59,134 nt of DNA from Aplysia californica. Its lineage: Eukaryota. The first letter of the stretch is position 1, and every line of letters starts with the position of its first letter. This document shows positions 50,629 to 59,134 of the stretch, one piece after another. The notes beneath the pieces were generated by a model. It was not told the origin of the DNA and made no database searches. It saw nothing but the letters and a program-made list of their open reading frames with translations. The translations under genes were made by a program, and so were the position numbers. The stretch is from NCBI RefSeq assembly GCF_000002075.1, contig NW_004797694.1, positions 170,287 through 229,420 of the forward strand. The letters run 5' to 3'.

Positions 50629-50679
50629 GTTGCCATGATAGGTCAGAGTGCACGATGAAACGCATGCGCAAAATAAACA
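50629..50679. promoter_or_regulatory. Putative ADGB proximal promoter motifs: RFX X-box-like GTTGCCATGATAG, NRF1-like CGCATGCGCA, forkhead ATAAACA
   Basis: Motifs at 50629-50641, 50661-50670 and 50673-50679, 95-145 nt upstream of the ATG. Confidence 0.5.
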
Positions 50680-51028
50680 CTAAAAAAGTGTCTCTCAAAA
50701 GGTTCGACTCAAGATGTATATTTCATTCATAAATTCTACAGATGCAAAAACAAAATACTTTACTCAATAGTCCCTTCTAAGTAACTGTGATAGATTATTT
50801 CAAAGACTACTTTTCCTGACTATAGTATGTAGTTTTTGTTGAGATTCAGAAAACAACCCAAACAAATGTTCTTAAAAAATAAGGACCAATAAAGGCTATA
50901 CTTAGAACAAAAAAGAAACGACTTGCACCAAGTTTCCGCACAACAGGTGGCTGTAATCCGATTACTCGCGTCGCCGCCTCGCTGAGAGACAGCGCTGGTG
51001 CCTGCCAAAGGTCCTCGGTGGCGACCCA

Positions 51029-51560
51029 CTAAAACTGTGTTATTGGGAATTCTTCCGCCTCCACNNNNNNNNNNNNNNNNNNNNNNNNNNNNNNNNNNNN
51101 NNNNNNNNNNNNNNNNNNNNNNNNNNNNNNNNNNNNNNNNNNNNNNNNNNNNNNNNNNNNNNNNNNNNNNNNNNNNNNNNNNNNNNNNNNNNNNNNNNNN
51201 NNNNNNNNNNNNNNNNNNNNNNNNNNNNNNNNNNNNNNNNNNNNNNNNNNNNNNNNNNNNNNNNNNNNNNNNNNNNNNNNNNNNNNNNNNNNNNNNNNNN
51301 NNNNTGNNNNNNNNNNNNNNNNNNNNNNNNNNNNNNNNNNNNNNNNNNNNNNNNNNNNNNNNNNNNNNNNNNNNNNNNNNNNNNNNNNNNNNNNNNNNNN
51401 NNNNNNNNNNNNNNNNNNNNNNNNNNNNNNNNNNNNNNNNNNNNNNNNNNNNNNNNNNNNNNNNNNNNNNNNNNNNNNNNNNNNNNNNNNNNNNNNNNNN
51501 NNNNNNNNNNNNNNNNNNNNNNNNNNNNNACATAGTAGTGGTGCTGGCAGTGCTGCTACT
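51029..51560 (-). CDS. Possible terminal coding exon of the upstream gene, mostly hidden in a gap (ends ...VEAEEFPITQF*)
   Basis: ctaacag acceptor at 51561; GC-rich gap flanks; frame unverifiable across Ns. Confidence 0.2.
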
Positions 51561-54500
51561 CTGTTAGGCCCACGGTAGGCAAAACAGAATTTAAGTTTTT
51601 AACTGATTATATGGACGCTAATTATGAATAAATTATAAATAAATAATTGAATAACTTTAAGGGAATGGAAGTGTAACGAATTTTTTTTGTCAGTTTGGAA
51701 GAATTGGGGAAACAGCCAATCTCTTACACAGCAGTTTTTTTTTTTTTCAACTGTAGATGTTATAATTTATGCGACGTATCCTCGGACTTCAAAAATAGGA
51801 AGCAAAAGAAAATGAAGAGAATATAACAAAATTTTTGCCAAGAAAAATCTTAATCTAGAGGCATTGAAATATATTTGGCTTCGTATAGAATATATGTACT
51901 TTTAAAAAAATTGACACGGTTGCGATTTATGGCAAGAAAATGCCTATATCAGCTTATCACAGAGAGGAAGTATAGAGGGCACCTTTAAATCCCCCGTTGA
52001 TGAAACTGTAGGCTATTCTGCATCTAGTCGTTAATAAATTGCATAAAGCAGGGAAAATTCTTGAAGAATTTTTCCAACATCTCTGTGTTCAACAGTAGGA
52101 GGGGTAAGGTAGCCTACTGGCAGCTAGAACCCCGCATTGCTTTCGCCCGACTCACAATTAATCACATAATAATAATTGGTGAATGTTGCAGTGGGCTATT
52201 GGTCAACACGCAGTGGCAGAAATGATCGAGTTGCATTCCCTTTTACTCCAGCTGTTTGCCCTTTTCCCTTTCTCTTTTGTGTTTTTGCCAATGTATAAAC
52301 GCGCTGAGACCGCGACAGCCGCCAACTCTTTCCATATTTGACAGACAATGTTAACAGTCCTTTCTCCTGCGTCCATGGGAAAATGAAAGGAGCGCAAATT
52401 GGTACGAACAAAATACAATGTAGGTTTATTTAGTCTTTTCAACAGCAACTCCTGCTATACCATTAAATACCGTTCAGAAGCAGAGACAGGCCATTTTGTT
52501 GAACAATTTTCCCAGCATGTATTAGGGGGTATTCGCAGTGGAGAAACAAGGATAATATTGAAATGAATACATCTATTTCAATTTCACTTCCTGAGATAGA
52601 GAGAAAAGTAAAATTTGCAGGTGTTGGTCAAAGTGGAAATAACAACAACGCTGCTGTCAGAGACAATATAATTATTTAATATTTATTATGGCTCCGAGAC
52701 TCTGAAACAAGATAATAATTACAGATTTGACAACATTGGTATACATCAATGGCGTTTAGAATAAATTTATTTTTAGGAATCAATCAAGAAGCGAATTTTG
52801 AATTCTGTTGAATGTTACATGTTAGATCTGTGTCTAAATTATGTCCATGCTGGGTGACCTAGATAGTATGTATTATCAAGTATTCATCCACAGCTTAGAC
52901 CTAGCACGACGCCCATTTTCTCTTGCCCATATCACAAGACTAATTTATCAAAACAAATTTTATAATATTATAACTGTTTTGGGTAGGTTACTTTTACTAG
53001 AGCAGACATCTACCCCAGAAATACTTACTCGTCCTCCCGAGAAAAAGCAGCTTCCTTATTCTCATTCATAATTCATCTAAGGCAACGTATTTGAGGATAA
53101 TAAAAAAAGTGCAGGGTGCAAACAATCATGGGTGTGGCGCCAAGAATACGTTTGAAGAAAAACATGTCGCGTTCTTATGCAGCAAAGGCAAAAATATTCT
53201 TATGAAACTCCCTCTTACAACATTTGGCACTACGAAATTTTTATCTCTTGTTGTTGTTCATGTCTTTCCGCCAATGGGAACTACGACTTGCTTGTGAAGT
53301 ATGTGAAAGATAAATATACGAGGCTTGTGTATGGTGGCGTGGGGAATGAACTTTCTAAGAATTAACAATAAATAATTTGCACTCGAGTATTTGTAAGAAA
53401 AACAATTCTTTTTGACGGCTAAAACAGATCGCTCAATCTAGCTTTTCCGCCTTTGGTTTAGGCTCCGTCGGTTTCTCTGAAGTTTGCTTGAACGTTACAG
53501 GATTATATGTTCGCCTAATTTACCACAGCGATCTGACTTCGTCCACCTTTGTTCTCTCTCTGGTTTATTTTTAATTACTGGTGGCACTTACTGTTGCACT
53601 GTCATAACATGTAGCTTTGAACGAAATACTTGTACATTCTCTCTCTCTCTCTCTCTCNNNNNNNNNNNNNNNNNNNNNNNNNNNNNNNNNNNNNNNNNNN
53701 NNNNNNNNNNNNNNNNNNNNNNNNNNNNNNNNNNNNNNNNNNNNNNNNNNNNNNNNNNNNNNNNNNNNNNNNNNNNNNNNNNNNNNNNNNNNNNNNNNNN
53801 NNNNNNNNNNNNNNNNNNNNNNNNNNNNNNNNNNNNNNNNNNNNNNNNNNNNNNNNNNNNNNNNNNNNNNNNNNNNNNNNNNNNNNNNNNNNNNNNNNNN
53901 NNNNNNNNNNNNNNNNNNNNNNNNNNNNNNNNNNNNNNNNNNNNNNNNNNNNNNNNNNNNNNNNNNNNNNNNNNNNNNNNNNNNNNNNNNNNNNNNNNNN
54001 NNNNNNNNNNNNNNNNNNNNNNNNNNNNNNNNNNNNNNNNNNNNNNNNNNNNNNNNNNNNNNNNNNNNNNNNNNNNNNNNNNNNNNNNNNNNNNNNNNNN
54101 NNNNNNNNNNNNNNNNNNNNNNNNNNNNNNNNNNNNNNNNNNNNNNNNNNNNNNNNNNNNNNNNNNNNNNNNNNNNNNNNNNNNNNNNNNNNNNNNNNNN
54201 NNNNNNNNNNNNNNNNNNNNNNNNNNNNNNNNNNNNNNNNNNNNNNNNNNNNNNNNNNNNNNNNNNNNNNNNNNNNNNNNNNNNNNNNNNNNNNNNNNNN
54301 NNNNNNNNNNNNNNNNNNNNNNNNNNNNNNNNNNNNNNNNNNNNNNNNNNNNNNNNNNNNNNNNNNNNNNNNNNNNNNNNNNNNNNNNNNNNNNNNNNNN
54401 NNNNNNNNNNNNNNNNNNNNNNNNNNNNNNNNNNNNNNNNNNNNNNGGGGGGGGTTGTAAAAAGACAAGAAAGAAAAACACGAAGGCTTACAATGAGTCC

Positions 54501-54870
54501 GAATGATTATTTTTAATCTAAAAACTATCTCTGCGTATTTCCGCTGTTTGTTCGCAATGGCAATAGGCTGCACGTTGTTGTCTTTGGAGATCACGCAGGT
54601 CTGGGCAGCCAAGGGGTTGATGCATCTAAGTTTTGAATAGTAATACAAGTAATAACAATAAATAAAAAAACGACACGCTTTATTTCTGCTTCAGTTGGGT
54701 TTGGGTTTTTTTCGTTTCTGATGGGGGAGGGTTGTTTGCTTTTTTATGGTTTTTTTGTTTTTTTGTTTTTTTAAATAGATCTACCAAAAAGAATGAACAG
54801 AATACATTTTTGTTCTGAATGAGAAGGACAAAAAAAAAGTGACTGCATTGTAAACCGGTGATAAACTCAC

Positions 54871-55048
54871 GCCACTGTCATCCGGAGTTTGGCCAACAGA
54901 TCTCCGCCTCCTTCCTTCTTCTCCGGCTTGGAGGACGCCTCACTGGCGCTCTCTTTGGGCGTGGCAGCCGCCGCCGACTGCATGGCTCGCTTCCACATGA
55001 TGGAGAAACACTCGGGGGGTATGGTACACGGACACGACTGGAGGGTTT
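54871..55048 (-). CDS. Internal exon of an unidentified upstream gene (TLQSCPCTIPPECFSIMWKRAMQSAAAATPKESASEASSKPEKKEGGGDLLAKLRMTV)
   Basis: ctgtag acceptor, gtgagt donor, GC-rich open frame, phase 1-2. Confidence 0.65.
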
Positions 55049-55552
55049 CTACAGGTCACACGTCGCACGTCACACGTCACACGTTGGTTTCTTGTGTTTT
55101 TTAAAACTTTGTCTAACAGCGTTAGGTCAGTTCCATGAGTATTGCATTGTGTCGGCCTATAACTTGGGGTTCTACAAGTCATACGTCACACATTGATGTA
55201 GTCTTGTGTTTTCAAGCTCTGTCCGACAGCGTTATGTGTTTGTCCCTTAAGTATTGCATTGTAGGCCTATATATAACACACGTTGGTGTAGTCTTGTGGT
55301 ATCAAGCTCTCTCCGACAGCGTTATGTGTTTGTCCCAGAAGTATTACATTGTAGGCCTATGTATAACACACATTGATGTAGTCTTGTGGTATCAAGCTCT
55401 GTCCGACAGCGTTATGCCAGTCCGACAGGTGTGACATTGAGTATTATAACTGGGGGTTTCTATACTATAAGTCACATGTCATGCATTGCTGTAGTCTCAT
55501 GTTTTCGAGCCTTATGTCAGTCCGGTCAGAAGTATTGCGTTGCCTATAACTA
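55040..55552. repeat. Degenerate tandem repeat abutting and overlapping the acceptor of the upstream-gene exon
   Basis: Recurring GGGGTT(T)CTACA(G/A)GTCA, CACATTGATGTAGTCTTGTG and CAAGCTCTGTCCGACAGCGTTATG blocks. Confidence 0.85.
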
Positions 55553-58500
55553 GTGTAAATCAGAAATGGAAAACGCTTGGACTTTTTCGAAATATAAAAC
55601 TGACAGTCTGCAAGGCGCTTTACCACAATTTGACGTTCAGGCGTTTTTGTTTCTTTTTTTGGGTCGTTTTTTCTTTTCTTTTATTTTTTTCGGCGGTCGA
55701 CCAACAAAGGATGTCGTGTAAACCTGGAGTTAACCCCCTGTAAAAAACTATCCGCAGAAAGCTATAAAAGACTTCTTGGTCAAATGAGAGGAAAAAGTGG
55801 CCATTTTTTAAACGAAAAATAAATTAATAATAAACAGGCCAAGCACCGTCCATTGAAAATGCGAAGCTAACAAACATATAACCATTCCCACCTCTGATTG
55901 CATTATGTATCATACATTGTATGTGCTCCGGGTCTCGAAGGCGGTCTCACTTGGAGCACGGATAGGTTCAGATTTTAGTATTCATTTTTACTCTGTGTAC
56001 CCGACCCCATTTTCCCACCACAATTAATTAATTCAAGCTTCTACGCCTCATGATGACGTCAGCGTCAGGTTCCGACATTATACTACCGGTTTACCATTAA
56101 AACAAAAAACAAAACAAAACAAAAAACAACCAACTCAATAATAGTCACCTGTCTATTGATCTAATCAAAGCACACACGCCAGAGAAATTTCAGTTGGCTC
56201 GGGAAGGAATGCTACAGGAAACACTTTCACTTTTTCTTTTAGAATAAAAATAAAGTGAAAAAAGTTTCAAAAATCAGACCAGAATTGATCATAATACGAC
56301 TTTCACGATTAGAGGGAAAACATCAAAGCATTGTGAGCGCGAGAGAGAGAGAGGAGATCGTGCACAGGGAAAACAAACGATCCGGGATTGTTCGATGACA
56401 CAAAAAATAAATGTCTAAGAGCTTTCCATCGATTCCTCATACGACATACACCAAAGTCGTTAATCTGTTTTCCATTACGAGAGAGCACTGTATCTATGAA
56501 ATCGTGTAAAAAAAAACACAACACAACTTGCTGCTGACATCGCTGTACATCGATGGAGTAAATGAAATCCCAGTCGGTGCCAAACAGACAGGCCTACACA
56601 GGTCACACTTCAGGACATGCTGTAGCCTCAGGCGGGAAAATAGTATATAATTATCCACTTCAAACTTTATACCGGGGTGAAGAGGATCTACAACTGCTAC
56701 TCTGTCTAATAGTGTCTAATCAACAACTGCTCAGTGGCTTTGTGGTTTGCACGGAGTGTATCGATTAGTTACAGGTTATCCCGTGCTCTGATTTCAACCC
56801 CCCCCCCCCCACCCCCAACCCAAAAAAGAAATAATTTTAAAAAATCAATTGAAAAAGCAGGGAATGATAATATTATTATAGTTCCATCGTACCTATTCAA
56901 TACTAGGGTTTGTACAGAACTCAGCATTATCATATGCGTAGGCCTACTAAAATCAATCTGTTCCTAGCCTCGGGGTGCACGAAAAAGAATTTTTTGTTGT
57001 TGCTGTTTTTTTTGTTTTTCTTTTTTTTTTTTGGGGGGGGGGGGATCCAATAGTGGTGACTTCGTTCAAAGAGTAAGGTCGATATTTGGGATATTCATTT
57101 AGCCTATCGTCGTCGGAACGTTAGGAATGTCCTGGATAAACAGAGTCGCAGGAGTCAAACATCTACCACACTATAATCATACGCGAGGGTTTATTACGAG
57201 AGAATTTGGTAACTCTGGGACCATCCCCCCCCCCCCCCCCCCCCCACTTTTTTTTTACCTCCTGTGTTATTATCTTGGAACTTCTCTTGTAAGGGGAATT
57301 TGATGCAAAGATTTGGGTTTGTTATCATTGCTGCTATTGTTGTTGTTGTTATTGATGTTGTCGTCGTCGTCGTTGTTATTGTCGTTGTCGTTGTTGCTGT
57401 TAGTGTTGTTGTCGTTGCTGTTGTAGTTATTGTTGTTGTTGTTATTGTTGCTGTTTTTGTTTTTTTCTTATTGTCATTGTCGTTGTTGATGATGATAATT
57501 ACTCTATTGTTGCAGTTGTTGTTATTTTTGTTGCTGTTGACGTTGTTTATCTGAAAACGGGTCTGGTTGTTCCTTGAATTAGAAAGAAATCTGTCTTGTC
57601 AATAGGTGATGATGTCAACCCATAGGTAACAATTATTTCTTTTAAGTAGAATTATTGAACACACGTTTTTGTTTGTTTGTTTGTTTTGTTTTGTTTTTAT
57701 TTTAACGGTCTTGTTGTCTCAGGTTATCAAACATTATCATCTGAGGTTTGTCATTCCCAAAAGGTGGCCAAACCTTCAAAGTGTCCTAATTCAGCAATTG
57801 GGGACCCATATCTATACCATCTTCAAAATTCCATTATTTAAGTTTTGGCAAATGGTCAGCAAATACATTTACAACATAGTTTCCATATTGTATTGTTTTG
57901 TTTTGATTTATTCTTTTTTTTTTCCCAGCGAAACACAATATTGTTAGTATACAAGCCCCAATTGACCACCTAAACCTATCTGAATAATTCACTTTGATGA
58001 GTCTCACAATATTGTAGGCATTAAATGGACATCCAAATCGGTCCGAATATATTGAATCTACTTTGATGAGTCTGCTCTGAGTATAGTGATTTATTGCTCT
58101 CGATAACATGAAATCTCAGCTCTTGACCTTACTCTATGGTAACTTCACAACAGAATGTGAAATGTCAACCTTTTATGAAGACGTAGCGGACATAATACAC
58201 TGTATTATGTATCTGATCAGCAGCAGATAAATACCAATGTTACGGCACATTCATTCAGTCCATCATAAACAGCAACACTTATTTGCCTATATTTATTTGC
58301 AGGCATGTCATAGCCTGGCTTTGTAAGTTTTTGTTTTTTTAAATGGAATTGAAAAAAATCAGTAAAAATAACGAAGTTATGATTCGTCTGTTGTTGTTAT
58401 TGTTTTTTTTTTGTTTTTTTAAAACAAATTAAGTCCCCCAAAACTGGACGTGTTTAAGTGTCGTTGAATAACCAAAATGTGAGTCTTCGGCTCGTGAACG

Positions 58501-59081
58501 TGTTGTTTGATTCGTTTCGAAGAAGAAGAATATCCAATGTAAAATATTCCTTAAAACTGTCAGAGGTACGGTAGATCTATTCCAGGAAGGTGTCATTAAA
58601 ATAACACAAGCACAGAGATCCAATATCATTATAAGTATTATTATTATTATGATGATTCGCTCACAAACACTTCAAAAGCAGATGTCCTTTGAATGTCTTG
58701 CTGGTTTCAAGTATTCGAAGAACTCCTCGGAAAGTGCACTAAACGCGCCCCACGCCTCAAGCACTACGAGACACAATGGTAGATAGATAGAGCAGTGGAC
58801 ACAGAATGGTCAAGTACTCTCACAAACCTCTCCTCTACACTGTTGTTAGTCGTGTGTTGCAGGACTAATCTGATTATAGTCGGTTCGTGCACGTTGAGGT
58901 TCGTTAGTCAGGATTAACTTAACAATCCTTGAGGTAGTAGGCTCAACTTACGACAAAAGGTTGCGGAGTGCTGGTTGAGAGGAATGATTGAGAACATGAT
59001 AATCCCTTACGGTTATCTTTGTTGCTTGCCAGTAGACCTGGTGAAGGGGTACTAATTAAGATGTATAGTGGATGGATAGAC

Positions 59082-59134
59082 AAGAAGAAGAAGAAGAAGA
59101 AGAAGAAGAAGAAGAAGAAGAAGAAGAAGAAGAA
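59082..59134. repeat. (AAG)n microsatellite
   Basis: Perfect trinucleotide run to the window end. Confidence 0.98.

Noticed and set aside
52196-52448. Two overlapping short minus-strand ORFs
   Set aside because: No convincing splice sites or recognisable motifs.
50820-54648. Long ORFs in the ORF track
   Set aside because: Artefacts of N runs. The poly-N/I/V and CV/HT ORFs elsewhere are translated microsatellites.
54889-55104. Plus-strand ORF MANRSPPP...
   Set aside because: It is the antisense shadow of the minus-strand exon, which has proper splice sites.
58665-58763. Exon-like segment of the upstream gene (LEAWGAFSALSEEFFEYLK...)
   Set aside because: All three frames stop before the GTGAGC donor, so it cannot be linked to the 54871-55048 exon.

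Overview
AT-rich, repeat-rich, gapped animal genomic DNA, most likely a gastropod mollusc (inferred from SINE/MITE content and protein divergence; not provable here). Most of the window (about 1.2-50.5 kb) is the 5' part of an androglobin (ADGB) gene on the minus strand. The ORF track misses it because it is split into about 26-29 short exons. I reconstructed these by hand with canonical splice sites and consistent phases, from the ATG (MASKGAKK) through the calpain-like domain into the first half of the circularly permuted globin domain. The 3' end lies beyond base 1. Main points: a textbook U12 minor-spliceosome intron (11767-12199); Asn in place of the distal Gln of the globin; candidate lineage-specific cassette exons, one of them poly-His; an RFX/forkhead/NRF1-like proximal promoter; a recurring pattern in which intronic minisatellites and local duplications are copies of the neighbouring exon-intron junction; three exon-containing segmental duplications, at least two probably uncollapsed haplotypes; and an exon of an unidentified upstream gene. 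No CRISPR array, rRNA or genuine tRNA gene was seen. Comparisons with human ADGB are from memory, not from a search.
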